Positions 1 to 13,012 are shown, counted from the first letter of the stretch. The stretch is 32,000 nucleotides of DNA from Planctopirus limnophila DSM 3776 (GCF_000092105.1 NC_014148.1:4560001-4592000); one strand, 5' to 3'. Notes: a model not told the origin generated them from the sequence alone. Made by a program: numbers and translations.

Positions 1-228
1 TCCCGGCTTTGCCAGATTCGCAGAGAATCGTCATAATTTGCCAGACAGTCTGCCTGTTCCTCACTGTGCGGACTGGGGCCTCTCCGTTACGATCAAGAAG
101 ATTACAAACCAGATCACATCAGTCATTCGATATGGGCGGCGATCCCTTCTTCGTTCTAAGGGGATCACTGCTGGAAGTTTGTGGCCGGTTGGCATGGCCT
201 GTCACAACGACTCGGGAGTACGACACAC

Positions 229-2982
<2,754 letters not shown>

Positions 2983-3066
2983 ACTCTCCGCCTGATCAAC
3001 GGTCTTTTGTAACGTAAACTCGAATAGCTTTTTTCCTGACTATTGCGCGAAAGCGGGTTCTCTTCC

Positions 3067-4344
3067 ATGAGTGTTGAATTCAAGCTGCCTCAGTTGGCGG
3101 AAGGTATCGACAGTGCAGATATCGCACAGATCCTGGTCTCGGCTGGCGACACGATCGAAGCCGGCAAGATCGTCATGGAACTGGAGACCGATAAGGCTGT
3201 CATGGAGCTGGCTTGCCCCCATGCGGGCAAGATCGGCAAGATCCACGTCAAACCTGGCGAAACGATCAAAACCGGTCAGTTACTTCTGAGCATCGAAGCC
3301 TCCGGAGCCAGTAACGGAACATCGGCCAAGCCCGCTTCCCCAGCCGCCTCTTCCAGTGCTCCAGCAGCACCGGCGAAGGCCACTCCTGCTGCACCGGTTA
3401 AAGCCGCACCAGCCCCTGCTGCCGTGGCTGCACCGACTCGATCAACTGTCGAGATTCCCATTGCTGCCGGCCCGGCCACTCGCCGCCTGGCTCGTGAACT
3501 GGGCATGCAGCTCGAACGTCTGCGTGGCACTGGCCCCGGTGGTCGTATCACTCAGGAAGATGTGGCTCGCGCCTACGCTGCCCAGCAAGGTGGCGGCGGT
3601 GGTGGTGTCGTCGCTCCGCCTCTCCCCGATTTTTCTCAGTATGGCCCGATCACTGCCCAGGCTCTCACCAAGCTGCAGAAGACCAGTGCCAACAACCTCT
3701 CGGCAGCGTGGCAACTCATTCCGCATGTGACTCAGCACGATCTCGCTGACATCACCGAGACTGAATCGGCCCGCAAGCGATTCCAGGAAGCAGTGGCTAA
3801 AGGTGGCCCCAAAGTCACTATGACAGCAGTCGCCATGAAGGCCGCCGTCGCTGCTCTCAAGGCCTTCCCGAACTTCAATTCGAGCATCGATATGTCTCGT
3901 GGCGAAGTGATCCTCAAGAGCTATTACAACATCGGTATTGCTGTCGATACCCCCAATGGCCTCGTCGTGCCGGTGGTTCGCGATGTCGATAAGAAGTCGA
4001 TTCTGCAACTGGCGACCGAGCTGACCGAAATCGCCGAGAAGGCCCGCAATCGCAAGCTCGAAATCAAGGATATGCAGGGCGGTACTTTTACTATCACTAA
4101 CCTGGGTGGCATTGGCGGAACGGCCTTCACACCGATTGTGAACTACCCCGAAGTGGCCATTCTCGGCATGTCACGCAGCTTCCATCAGTTGCAACTGGTC
4201 GATGGGCAGGTCAAAGAACGCTTGATGCTGCCACTCTCGCTCTCCTACGATCACCGCGTGGTCAACGGGGCTGATGCGGCCCGCTTTGTCGTGAAACTGA
4301 CCAGCCTCCTCAGCGATGCCTTCAAACTACTGGTCGAGTGCTAA
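3067..4344 (+). CDS. aceF: Dihydrolipoamide acetyltransferase (pyruvate dehydrogenase E2)
   Basis: N-terminal lipoyl domain with the lipoyl-lysine motif MELETDKAVMEL. An Ala/Pro-rich linker leads to the E3-binding domain ATRRLARELGMQLERLRGTGPGGRITQEDV, then a Gly-run hinge. The catalytic core carries SLSYDHRVVNGADAARF. I chose the ATG at 3067 (MSVEFKLPQL); the ORF track opens at 3043. Confidence 0.92.
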   Translation: MSVEFKLPQLAEGIDSADIAQILVSAGDTIEAGKIVMELETDKAVMELACPHAGKIGKIHVKPGETIKTGQLLLSIEASGASNGTSAKPASPAASSSAPAAPAKATPAAPVKAAPAPAAVAAPTRSTVEIPIAAGPATRRLARELGMQLERLRGTGPGGRITQEDVARAYAAQQGGGGGGVVAPPLPDFSQYGPITAQALTKLQKTSANNLSAAWQLIPHVTQHDLADITETESARKRFQEAVAKGGPKVTMTAVAMKAAVAALKAFPNFNSSIDMSRGEVILKSYYNIGIAVDTPNGLVVPVVRDVDKKSILQLATELTEIAEKARNRKLEIKDMQGGTFTITNLGGIGGTAFTPIVNYPEVAILGMSRSFHQLQLVDGQVKERLMLPLSLSYDHRVVNGADAARFVVKLTSLLSDAFKLLVEC

Positions 4345-4383
4345 TCCACTCGATTGGTTCCCCTTTATACCGACGATTCTGCA

Positions 4384-4417
4384 GCAGGCGAGGCTAAACC
4401 CCTCGCCTGCTTTCTTT
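4384..4417 (+). terminator. Rho-independent terminator candidate downstream of aceF
   Basis: The 10-bp GC-rich stem gcaggcgagg (4384-4393) pairs with cctcgcctgc (4401-4410) around a 7-nt loop. The T-rich run tttcttt follows at 4411-4417, 40 nt after the aceF stop. Confidence 0.7.
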
Positions 4418-4483
4418 AGAACTTTCTGCACGCGATCTCCGGGATTCGGGAACTGAATAGCGATTCAAGTGTGATGCCTATCT

Positions 4484-4540
4484 CCTCTGAAACCCTCACC
4501 CGCGTCTGCGTGGGAGAGGCCAGGGTGAAGGTCTTTTCCC
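4484..4540. repeat. Module D repeat copy (variant) with inverted arms
   Basis: The sequence ctctgaaaccctcacccgcgtctgcgtgggagaggccagggtgaaggtcttttccc matches the copies at 26911-26978, 27860-27925 and 31087-31140. These share the core ctggaaccctcgccc...gggagagggcagggtgagggtctt. Confidence 0.75.
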
Positions 4541-4576
4541 TGTTTCTGCTACTCAACAGAACTTTGTCTCTGAATT

Positions 4577-4650
4577 CCCTTCGCGCCTTCGCGAGAGACC
4601 TCCAAACAAAAGATATCCTCGCGCGAAGCCGCGAAGTTCTCCAAGAAATC
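4577..4650. repeat. Module C hairpin repeat (cttcgcg-type arms)
   Basis: The left arm cccttcgcgccttcgcgagag and right arm ctcgcgcgaagccgcgaagttctccaagaaatc are mutually complementary. Near-identical right arms occur at 23019-23057, 26866-26904 and 27776-27816. Confidence 0.75.
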
Positions 4651-4843
4651 CCCGACAGACTTCTTCCAGTCACCTCCACTTCGTACCGTGCGTGCGGCCT
4701 GTCTTCAGTGAATACCGAGCAAGGCTGCCTTTAAAAACTCTTCCAAGCGCCACGGATTTCTGGAGAGTGTATACTCTTGGCAACACGCCTCTCCCTTTGA
4801 CAGTCAATTACCCGTCAATCCAGAAGTGAGGAAGGTCAGCCGG

Positions 4844-5722
4844 ATGGAACTTCACCAGTTGCGGTACTTTCTCAAGGCGGCTGAACTCAAAAGCTTTACA
4901 CTGGCTGCCGCTGAATGTTTCATTTCTCAGCCATCACTCAGCCAGCAGATCATTAAGCTCGAACAGGAACTGGGGCAGCCACTCTTCGAGCGTTCGGGGC
5001 GTGGTGTTGAACTCACCGAATCCGGAAAGCTGCTGCAAAGCCGGGCCGGGCAGATTGTTTCGCTCGTCGATCAGGCTCGGCGGGAGATCACCGATGATGG
5101 CGAGACAGGCCAGCTCACCATCGGCGCAATCCCCACCATTGCGCCTTATCTGTTGCCACAGATTGTCAGCCGGTTTCGTGAGGTGGTGCCAAGGGTGACC
5201 CTCAAGATCCATGAAGATGTCACCGAGCAATGCCTCAAAAAGGTTCAGGCGGGTGAATGGGATCTGGCAATTGCGGCTCTCCCGGTACGGATTGAGCATC
5301 TGGAAGTTGAGCCGTTATTTGATGAAGAGCTATGGCTGGCGGTCCCTCCGGGGCATCGATTATCACACTTGACAGAAGTTCCTGTTGAAGAGATTGACCG
5401 CGAGACATTACTGCTGTTAGGTGAAGCTCATTGCCTGACGGAGCACGTCGCGCAGTATTGCCGCCGGAAAGACATGGCACCTCTGGAAACAGGCCGCCTG
5501 GCGCAACTGACGACGATTATGGAGCTTGTCAGCCGGGGGCAGGGTGTGAGTTTTATTCCGAACATGTGCAAGGCGTTCGATCGTGAAGGCCGCTGTGCCT
5601 ATCGCCCACTTCAGGGAGACCGCCCGCAACGCACCATTGCCCTCGTCTGGAACAGCTACCGCTTCCAGACGCTACTATTAAAACGTGCTCTCGATGTGAT
5701 TCGCAGGGAGTTGCTGAAGTAA
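4844..5722 (+). CDS. oxyR: LysR-family transcriptional regulator, OxyR-like peroxide sensor
   Basis: N-terminal LysR helix-turn-helix: MELHQLRYFLKAAELKSFTLAAAECFISQPSLSQQIIKLEQELG. The segment GEAHCLTEHVAQYC has two Cys residues spaced exactly as the E. coli OxyR redox pair (HCLRDQAMGFC, C199/C208). I chose the ATG at 4844; the ORF track opens at an upstream GTG at 4826. Confidence 0.72.
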   Translation: MELHQLRYFLKAAELKSFTLAAAECFISQPSLSQQIIKLEQELGQPLFERSGRGVELTESGKLLQSRAGQIVSLVDQARREITDDGETGQLTIGAIPTIAPYLLPQIVSRFREVVPRVTLKIHEDVTEQCLKKVQAGEWDLAIAALPVRIEHLEVEPLFDEELWLAVPPGHRLSHLTEVPVEEIDRETLLLLGEAHCLTEHVAQYCRRKDMAPLETGRLAQLTTIMELVSRGQGVSFIPNMCKAFDREGRCAYRPLQGDRPQRTIALVWNSYRFQTLLLKRALDVIRRELLK

Positions 5723-5778
5723 TCACAACCTGCGATGAAAACGCCTCCAGGTTGGCTATACAAATTGATTTCGTAAAT

Positions 5779-6222
5779 CTAGCCGGGGATATCTGGTTCG
5801 ACGAGGCGGGCGAGTTGGAGCAGCGATTCCTGCCAGCCCAGATAGCACTTTTCGGCTGGGATCAGATCCGGGATCCCAGCCTGCACGATCTGCAATTCTG
5901 TGCCCACACTGACTTTTGTGAACGTCACCGTCACCTGCATCTCACCGGCCAGATTCGGATCATCGAAGCGGTCTATGTGTTGCAAGCGTTCACCAGGGAC
6001 AAGTTCTGTAAACTTGACCGTGAAAAAGTGTGTGTGGCCGGTGGCGAAGTGTGTGAATGACATGCGATAGCCACCTCCGACACGAACATCCATTTCATGC
6101 ACTTTGGCAGTGAATCCAAATGGTGGCAGCCATTTCGACAGGCCATCAGCGTCGATGAAAGCCTTGTAAACCCGCTCTGGATCGGCTCGCAGGACACGAT
6201 GCAGGCGGACGGTGTTGGGCAT
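5779..6222 (-). CDS. SRPBCC-superfamily protein (Aha1/AHSA1-like domain)
   Basis: 147-aa ORF with the pattern typical of the bacterial Aha1-like SRPBCC family: VYKAFIDADGLSKWLPP, GGGYRMSF, VTVTF, GWQESLLQLARLVE. Confidence 0.75.
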   Translation of the reverse strand: MPNTVRLHRVLRADPERVYKAFIDADGLSKWLPPFGFTAKVHEMDVRVGGGYRMSFTHFATGHTHFFTVKFTELVPGERLQHIDRFDDPNLAGEMQVTVTFTKVSVGTELQIVQAGIPDLIPAEKCYLGWQESLLQLARLVEPDIPG

Positions 6223-6332
6223 GATCAGATCCTCTCGATCAAAAGTTCACCCTGGGGCTGACTGAACGATACAAATTGCTCCAAGGATTTCACGATCTGT
6301 TTTCAAGACTGTCCACTTTTTAAGGTCGATGA

Positions 6333-7442
6333 CTACTTCTGCTCTTTCAGCAGCTTGACCATCGCTTCGCCCATCGCCAGTCCGACGTTCATATAAGTTT
6401 TGGCGTTGTTGCCGTAGTGGGCATTCGAGCTGCTTCCCATGCTCAAGGGGTGCGTATAAACCGTGGCGACCGTCCCTTGAAGTTCCGGGTGTTTCTGCGG
6501 GTCGCTGATGGCCAGCTTGGCTTCCAGCAGATATTTTTCATTTCCCGTGGGATTGTCACGATCGGTCTGGCCCAAGGTGGCACAAACAAACTTCGCCTGA
6601 GGTGCGTTAAACTCTTTGCGAAGTGTGGCGATCAGGTTGACCAGGTTCTGTTCATAGCGGCTGGCATGGCCGGCGTTGTACCGGTCTTTATCACCTTGCC
6701 ACCAGAAGAAGCCCGCGATCTCATACTCGTTCGCCCCGGGATAATACTTTCCCAGATCATTAAGAACTTCTTTAGCGCGAGCAATATCGCCATCGAGTTG
6801 CAGGCCTGCCTTCCAGTTAATGGCCTTGGGCTCGGTCCCTTTTTCCCAGCGATCGGGGCTTTGACCATAACCTGCGTAGATGTAGGTCTTGCCATCTTTC
6901 GGATCAACAAATTCATAAGAACTTGAACCCGGAGGCAATAGATCCCAACCGAGGCTTCGATTGCCAATGGCACTCTTCAAGAGCAGCACAGGTTCATCGA
7001 GAGCATTCCCCAACTGATGCCCGATCCCCTGCTCGACACCGATTTTGTTGCCGACGGTCAGCCACGCATTGATGCGAAACTGCGTTTTGCCAGGCCCGCC
7101 ACTCCCCATCACCGCGACATTCCGCACATCGGCGTGGGTGTTCCATTTCCCCGCATCGTCGATGAGAAAGGGGTAAAGCCCTTCCTGTTTGACAGCGTGC
7201 TCAAGTGTTCCATCGGTATCACCTGCGACCTTCCCCATTTCGAGCATGTTCGACTGACCCATGAGAATGAAGACCTTCACGGGCTTAGTCATCTCGGCGG
7301 GTCGAGGGTCGGGATCCGGCAGCAGATCGTTCACTCCTTTGGCACGCTTTGCCGTTTCCTGGGAGTACGCCGTCATGGAATGACTGATCAAGAGCAAGAT
7401 GGTGAATAACAAGGCAGGTCTGGCGAATCGATGGCCCATCAT
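6333..7442 (-). CDS. Secreted carbohydrate esterase, sialate O-acetylesterase-like (DUF303/CE6-type)
   Basis: Signal-peptide-like N-terminus MMGHRFARPALLFTILLLISHSMTAYSQE. The motif VKVFILMGQSNMLEMG is the GQSNM signature of DUF303 sialate O-acetylesterase-like SGNH esterases. I chose the start at the MM pair (7442); the ORF track extends to 7514. Confidence 0.7.
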   Translation of the reverse strand: MMGHRFARPALLFTILLLISHSMTAYSQETAKRAKGVNDLLPDPDPRPAEMTKPVKVFILMGQSNMLEMGKVAGDTDGTLEHAVKQEGLYPFLIDDAGKWNTHADVRNVAVMGSGGPGKTQFRINAWLTVGNKIGVEQGIGHQLGNALDEPVLLLKSAIGNRSLGWDLLPPGSSSYEFVDPKDGKTYIYAGYGQSPDRWEKGTEPKAINWKAGLQLDGDIARAKEVLNDLGKYYPGANEYEIAGFFWWQGDKDRYNAGHASRYEQNLVNLIATLRKEFNAPQAKFVCATLGQTDRDNPTGNEKYLLEAKLAISDPQKHPELQGTVATVYTHPLSMGSSSNAHYGNNAKTYMNVGLAMGEAMVKLLKEQK

Positions 7443-7853
7443 CAGAAGTCTCTCGCTGAGGTTTTTGACGTGAATTTCAACTGTCATCAGAAAGTCAGCG
7501 GAGTCCAGAAGCAAGAGGGGAATCCCTCGCTTTTACAAATCGTCCATGGCGGATGCAGACAACATGATGGATGTGCCCCGACGGTTCGAGAAATCGCTTG
7601 GAGCAGCGTTTTTGCTCGAGGACGCGACCTCGGGAAAACTTATGAGCAAGTCACTCGTGCTTTGGAAAAATGAGACTACGAACAACCTCTGGCTGACATC
7701 TGACATGGATTCTTCAGGATCGTTTATAATCGTGACATCGAAATGCTACGACACCTCAAGAGGTTGTTTTGTATGGATTCAGGATGAGTCTTTCATCGGG
7801 AAAGCTCCTACGGATTCCAATAATCAACTGCAATCCCTAGTATGAAGTGTATA

Positions 7854-7929
7854 GGGTTGAGCGTATACGCGAACCCCCCAGATCGTGCCGTGAATTGCTG
7901 GGCGTTCGAAGACTCAACCCCAGCCACCC
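7854..7929. repeat. Truncated copy of the module A hairpin element
   Basis: gggttgagcgtatacgcgaaccccccag ... ctgggcgttcgaagactcaaccccagccaccc. The arms are complementary and match the 84-bp element at 19151-19234. The left arm lacks the outer gggtggct. Confidence 0.7.
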
Positions 7930-8006
7930 GACCAAAGACTTAACCCTTGCCACCCGGTCGTCAATCGTTAGTACTCCACCGGGTATCAGCCAACTGAAAG
8001 TTCCTC

Positions 8007-8420
8007 ATGAGAATCACCGTGGCCACAACCATTGCTGCCCCCATGGATGCGGTCTGGAAAGCCTACAGTAATCCGGACGATATCGTGCAGTGGAATGCCG
8101 CCTCGGAGGACTGGCATACGACGAAATCGACTGTCGATTTTCGTCCCGGCGGAAAGTTTTCCTCGCGGATGGAGGCCAAAGACGGAAGCTTCGGCTTTGA
8201 TTTTGAGGGGACCTACACCACGATCATCACCAACGAGCGCATCGAATATGCCTTTGGTGATCGGCAAGCTGTGGTCGAATTCCAGGAAGTCCCCGCAGGC
8301 GTGCAGGTCCAGGTCTCCTTTGATAGCGAAGAGACTCACAGTATTGAACAGCAGCGAGATGGCTGGCAGGCGATCTTGAATCGCTTTAAGTTTCATGTCG
8401 AGAATCATGGCGCTAGCTGA
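8007..8420 (+). CDS. SRPBCC-superfamily protein (Aha1-like), second paralog-like copy in the window
   Basis: 137-aa ORF MRITVATTIAAPMDAVWKAYSNPDDIVQWNAASEDWH...GWQAILNRFKFHVE. It has the same fold signature as 5779-6222. Confidence 0.75.
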   Translation: MRITVATTIAAPMDAVWKAYSNPDDIVQWNAASEDWHTTKSTVDFRPGGKFSSRMEAKDGSFGFDFEGTYTTIITNERIEYAFGDRQAVVEFQEVPAGVQVQVSFDSEETHSIEQQRDGWQAILNRFKFHVENHGAS

Positions 8421-8503
8421 TTTGTTCTGTATCAGTAGAAGATGGTGCAATCCGTAGGAACTGCTTGCACCCTACATGACTTGCAGACTGCAAGACTGAT
8501 CAT

Positions 8504-11122
8504 TTAATCAATCGCCTCGCCCACCCATTGCTGGAATGTTTTCGCGAGTTCATCCAGGGCGTTTTCACTGGCGAGAGGAATGCGTAATTGCCAGCGGCCC
8601 TGGGGATCGCGTTCCAGATAATGCTTCAACCGGTCGCGAATGGCGTGCACCTGGGCTGATGTTGCCTGATCAACGAGCATTCCCGCAGAGGGAAACGTTG
8701 GCTGTCGTTCACCGGTCGTCGCGGGATCAGGCTCCAGAAGGCCTTGCAATTCAGCCCTCAAACTGTCGCTGCCACTGGTCAGCCAGACCTCCTTGATCTC
8801 GGCACCTTCATCAAGCACAGCACGAGCGAGTTGTTCTTTCCCTTCCAGTGTCTTGAGCAGCCGCTCTTCAAACGTCTCTTCCGTCACGAGCACATAGACC
8901 TGAACCGGTTTTTCCTGTCCCATGCGATGCGCCCGCGCGATGCGCTGCTCCAGAATTGCCGGGTTCCAGGGGAGATCGACATTGATCACAATGCTGGCGG
9001 CCTGCAGATTGAGACCCGTCGCAGCCGCATTGCTGGCCAGCAGCACGCGGGTTCCGGGATCGTCCTCAAACTGCGAGACAGATGCTGCCCGTTCACGCTG
9101 CGAGACCTGTCCATCGATCCTGACATACGGCAGATTGCGGCTGTCGAGTAATGGTTCAATGAGATCGAGCATGCGTGTCCATTCGGAAAAGACAATCGCT
9201 TTCTCAAAGTGCCCTTCAAACATCTCATCGAACATCTCGCTCAGTCGGTCAAGTTTCGATGATTCTCCCACGATTTGATCATCGACGAGTTCCGGGCTGT
9301 TCGCCGCCAGTCGGCAATACAACAGCTCTTTCCGTAAGAGCATCAGGTCAAGTTCATGGAGGTGCGGCTTGCGGGCAATTCTCGAAACCTGGGCAAAATG
9401 CCGGGCATGCACCTGCCTTTGAGCCGATGTCGGGGCGATCAGCACCTGATGCACAGTACAGGGAGGCAACTGCTGTTGAACCTGAGATCTTGTTCTACGC
9501 AGAAAGACCGGTGCCAGCCTCTCGCGCAGTTCGTCAAGATTGCGATAGCCGACAAATCGCCCCTTCTGATCGATCATGCGGTGCCTGGGGAAAAATCGAA
9601 AGGCGGGTGAGAGTCGGCGATCATCAATGAACTGCATGATCGAATAGAGGTCGTCGAGTTTGTTCTCCAGCGGTGTTCCCGTCAGTACGAAGGCAAAGCG
9701 AGATCGCAAACTTTTGATGGCCTGGGCAGTGCGGGTTTCCCAATTACGAATGCGCTGTCCTTCATCGAGAATCACGACATCCCAGCGTTTGGCAGCAATG
9801 CTGACATGATCTTTCAGCACCTGCTCGTAATTGCAGATCGTGAACGGAGCTGCCCCATATTGCTCGTGGCGGGTTTCTATCGAGCCACCCACCAGTTGCA
9901 CGGAATGCGTGGTGAACTTCAAAATTTCATTTCGCCACTGCGATTTGACAGAAGCCGGGCAAACGACGAGCACCTTCGAGATATCGAGTTCTCGAAAGAG
10001 AATCTCGATTGCCGCCAGTGCCTGAATGGTTTTCCCCAGCCCCATTTCGTCGGCGAGGATGGCGCGGCCTGCACAGGCGAGAAACGCGGCCCCTTCCAAC
10101 TGATATCCCAGTAAAGGTGTGGTGAGTAATTCCGTCCGCCAGGGGTGATTTTCCGCGTCATGACCTAGCGATTCCGTCATCGCTTTCATCCGGCGGCGAT
10201 CAAACTCCTGCTGCAGAAATTCTTCGGCATCCGGGTAAATCACCACGGGCACCTGAGCCATGCGAACCTTCGCGAGAGTATGCACCAGATGGCTCAAATC
10301 GGTCACCGCACGATCACGGTACAACTCCAGTAACGGGGCAATCTCGACTGGTAAGTTTTCAGGGATCAGCAAGCGAACTTCGACCAGCTCGCCATACGTC
10401 AAATGGACAGCAATCTCTTCCGGAACAAACTTCTTCGACCGGGCTTCGGCTGAGTAAGTTCGCTTCACATGTTCCTGGACTCGAAGCAGATGCTTACACA
10501 GGCCTAACGTATTGGCGCGAAAGTCGGGGCAACTGCAATACGATTCTCCCGGTTCCATCCCGCGAAGGGCGACACGATAGCTCCGCCCGCTTTTGCGGCT
10601 GGTCACCAGATAATCACTCCAGACAACATCCGGGGCGAGGGGGCGAATCTCCATCGATTCCAGTCGGGCGCGCTCACGACGATCCGAAATCGCCTGATTC
10701 TGCAACTCTTCGGGACTTGGTTCCGGTGCCAGTTGCAGCAACGCTTCTTCAGTCGGGGGCATGAGCCCCAGTTCGACTTTGTAAGCGAGAAGGTAGTGCA
10801 GGGCTAATGCCTGATGGGTACAACCATCGCTGCACGCTGTGCAGGAAAGTGCCAGGCCAGAAGGTTGTCTGCGATCAGGCCGGACAGCCACGACCACCTT
10901 GCGGCGGGAAGCTTTGCCATCATTTTTTCGTTGAGGAATCATCACGCGGAACAAACCATCCGCGAGATAAGCCTGCTCACCGTCGAAAGGTTCTGTTTCA
11001 ACCTCCTTCAGCAGGGCATCGCCTTGAGGGCCCAGCATCTGCCGGGCCTCTTCCAGAGTCAGACTGGCCAGCCTGTGGATAAATTCCGGATTCGTTTCTG
11101 CCAGTCGTTGACCGCGCGTCAT
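8504..11122 (-). CDS. SNF2-family helicase with SWIM zinc finger
   Basis: SWIM motif CSCPDFRANTLGLCKHLLRV. SNF2 motifs I LADEMGLGKTIQ, II VILDEGQRIRN and III LTGTPLENKL. Helicase-C motifs GLNLQAASIVINVDLPWNPAILEQRIARAHRMGQ. Confidence 0.9.
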   Translation of the reverse strand: MTRGQRLAETNPEFIHRLASLTLEEARQMLGPQGDALLKEVETEPFDGEQAYLADGLFRVMIPQRKNDGKASRRKVVVAVRPDRRQPSGLALSCTACSDGCTHQALALHYLLAYKVELGLMPPTEEALLQLAPEPSPEELQNQAISDRRERARLESMEIRPLAPDVVWSDYLVTSRKSGRSYRVALRGMEPGESYCSCPDFRANTLGLCKHLLRVQEHVKRTYSAEARSKKFVPEEIAVHLTYGELVEVRLLIPENLPVEIAPLLELYRDRAVTDLSHLVHTLAKVRMAQVPVVIYPDAEEFLQQEFDRRRMKAMTESLGHDAENHPWRTELLTTPLLGYQLEGAAFLACAGRAILADEMGLGKTIQALAAIEILFRELDISKVLVVCPASVKSQWRNEILKFTTHSVQLVGGSIETRHEQYGAAPFTICNYEQVLKDHVSIAAKRWDVVILDEGQRIRNWETRTAQAIKSLRSRFAFVLTGTPLENKLDDLYSIMQFIDDRRLSPAFRFFPRHRMIDQKGRFVGYRNLDELRERLAPVFLRRTRSQVQQQLPPCTVHQVLIAPTSAQRQVHARHFAQVSRIARKPHLHELDLMLLRKELLYCRLAANSPELVDDQIVGESSKLDRLSEMFDEMFEGHFEKAIVFSEWTRMLDLIEPLLDSRNLPYVRIDGQVSQRERAASVSQFEDDPGTRVLLASNAAATGLNLQAASIVINVDLPWNPAILEQRIARAHRMGQEKPVQVYVLVTEETFEERLLKTLEGKEQLARAVLDEGAEIKEVWLTSGSDSLRAELQGLLEPDPATTGERQPTFPSAGMLVDQATSAQVHAIRDRLKHYLERDPQGRWQLRIPLASENALDELAKTFQQWVGEAID

Positions 11123-11480
11123 GACTTATTCCCTGCCTGATCCCACTCGTGTCCGCCCTGTCCGAATCAGAGTCTCCATCCTGAGCGGCTCCACTTCCTG
11201 CGTTTGCGCCTTCGTTCGACAGCTTATGCGATCTGCACCAATTTCGCAGTGGCCAACGATTTGGCGGATCGTGACGTATCTACCTGTTGAGCACGAAGGA
11301 TCGATTGATCGGAGGGTGTTGTCATTCAGCAACATCCCGTTCCTGAAAAACAACATCAGACATTTTCGCAGATTTCCAGCACGCGGCAATTCCAGTGCTA
11401 AAGTTAAACGTTGCCGCTCGATTCGACGTGAAATCGCAGCTTGTGATGTGTCGGCCCAACGTTTGCTGTCAGGAATAACC

Positions 11481-11951
11481 ATGATTGCTCGCTCGAACGA
11501 TCGTTTACACAAGGCGATAAACGTGACGGAAGACGCCACCATGAAGGTTGAGCGATTCTTTAAGCGGATGCGAATTGAACCGCATGCCGGGCATACCTTA
11601 TTGCACATCGGCGATATGGAAATCTGGGACGGTGCCGATCTGGCTCTCTTGCGCGAAGGCCTCACTCAGATTATTGAACGCGACCGCGATCGCGATATTG
11701 CTGTGGATATGACTTTTGTGAAGTACATTCCCAGCGGCTTTTTTGGCATGCTTTTCGACTGGTTCGAAAAACGCAAAGTGCAGTTCTATCTGCTCAATCC
11801 TCAGCCGAATGTGCAGAGCATGCTCTGGTTCCGGCAGTTTTTTGAACCATGTGCGGCTGGCTTGTGGCGGCTCGAACCCAAAGGTCTCCGCACGCTCCCG
11901 GTGATGGACGACGCCGAAATCTCGCTCAGTACACTGGAAGCTATGGGCTAA
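11481..11951 (+). CDS. Hypothetical protein with STAS-like (anti-sigma antagonist-like) layout
   Basis: The C-terminal 136 aa (MKVERFF...LHIGDMEIWDGADLALLREGL...IAVDMTFVKYIPSGFFGMLFDWFEKRKVQFYLLNPQPNVQSML) follow the STAS pattern. The start is ambiguous between 11481 and 11541. The ORF track start at 11121 overlaps the SNF2 gene start and looks non-coding. Confidence 0.45.
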   Translation: MIARSNDRLHKAINVTEDATMKVERFFKRMRIEPHAGHTLLHIGDMEIWDGADLALLREGLTQIIERDRDRDIAVDMTFVKYIPSGFFGMLFDWFEKRKVQFYLLNPQPNVQSMLWFRQFFEPCAAGLWRLEPKGLRTLPVMDDAEISLSTLEAMG

Positions 11952-12163
11952 TCGGATTCTCAGTCGCACACGCGGAAATCTTAGTGTTTCCACGACCGAC
12001 GTTGACTTTTCCGCACATGTCGGAAAAACCTGATCTTGCAGCTTTGGGGCATTCTCTGCTACAGCGAAGTACTTTCAGGCAAGAATGGCCTGAGTAATGG
12101 CAATTCGCCCCGTCTTGGCTATGAATTTTCTATCCGATCCGACTCAGCCGTCAAGGATGACCT

Positions 12164-13012
12164 GTGTCAAACTCCACCACGACCATTGTCATCCCCTGCT
12201 TCAATGAAGCGGTGCGACTGAAGCCTCTGGCATTTCTCCAGTTCATTCGCAAATCGACGGATGTTCACCTGCTTATGGTGAACGACGGCAGTTCGGATGC
12301 AACCATTACGCTGCTGGAAGATATGGCTTCGGCGTCGAATGGCCGCATTTCGGTGCTCGATCTCCCTCAGAATCGAGGGAAAGCCGAAGCTGTCCGGCAA
12401 GGTGTGCTCGCCGCCTGTCGAACATCGGTCGATTTCGTCGGTTACTGGGATGCCGATCTGGCGACGCCACTGGGAGCGATTCCCAGCTTTATCGATGTCC
12501 TCCACCGGCTTCCTCAGATTGAGCTCGTTATTGGAACCCGTCTCAAACTCCAGGGGCGGAACATTGATCGCAACCGCCAGCGTCGTGTTCTCGGCAGGCT
12601 GTTCAGCACAGTCGCATCACAGGTGCTGGGAGTCGCACTTCGAGATACCCAGTGTGGTGCCAAACTCTTTAGAGTGACACCGGAAATGCAGATGGCGTTT
12701 AGCCGACCGTTTCTTTCCCGCTGGATTTTCGATGTGGAAGTGATTTCGAGGCTGATTGATCTGAAGCCGCAAAGCCAGCAGGGACTTTACGAATTCCCAC
12801 TGGATTCGTGGCAGGAAGTAGCGGGATCGAAACTGAAACCCAGTGACTTTCTCAAAGCGATTGGCGAACTGGCGCGGATCTATCTGTCGCGAGGCAGTTT
12901 TACTCCCGCACCCGAATTTGTGATTGAGAAGGAATCGGGAACATCGCCAGTTACTTTTGAACTTCCACCGGCTGCAGAAGTTTCTGCAAACCCCGAGCGA
13001 AGGGCCGCCTAG
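12164..13012 (+). CDS. GT2 glycosyltransferase, polyprenol-phosphate sugar synthase-like
   Basis: Motifs TIVIPCFNE, MVNDGSSDAT, NRGKAEAVRQG and the DxD-like WDADLATP. GTG start. Its stop codon TAG directly abuts the ATG of the next gene (gcctagatg). Confidence 0.82.
   Translation: MSNSTTTIVIPCFNEAVRLKPLAFLQFIRKSTDVHLLMVNDGSSDATITLLEDMASASNGRISVLDLPQNRGKAEAVRQGVLAACRTSVDFVGYWDADLATPLGAIPSFIDVLHRLPQIELVIGTRLKLQGRNIDRNRQRRVLGRLFSTVASQVLGVALRDTQCGAKLFRVTPEMQMAFSRPFLSRWIFDVEVISRLIDLKPQSQQGLYEFPLDSWQEVAGSKLKPSDFLKAIGELARIYLSRGSFTPAPEFVIEKESGTSPVTFELPPAAEVSANPERRAA

Noticed and set aside
4416-4734. ORFs 4416..4679(-) and 4471..4734(+) in the aceF-oxyR intergenic region.
   Set aside because: Both are translations of repeat modules C and D. 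The same nucleotide modules recur at 23.0, 26.9, 27.8 and 31.1 kb.
8443-8493. Small hairpins (ggtgcaa/ttgcacc and cttgca/tgcaag) between the convergent genes 8007-8420 and 8504-11122, as a possible bidirectional terminator.
   Set aside because: The stems are only 6-7 bp, one has a minimal 3-nt loop, and no flanking T or A runs are present. That is too weak to annotate.
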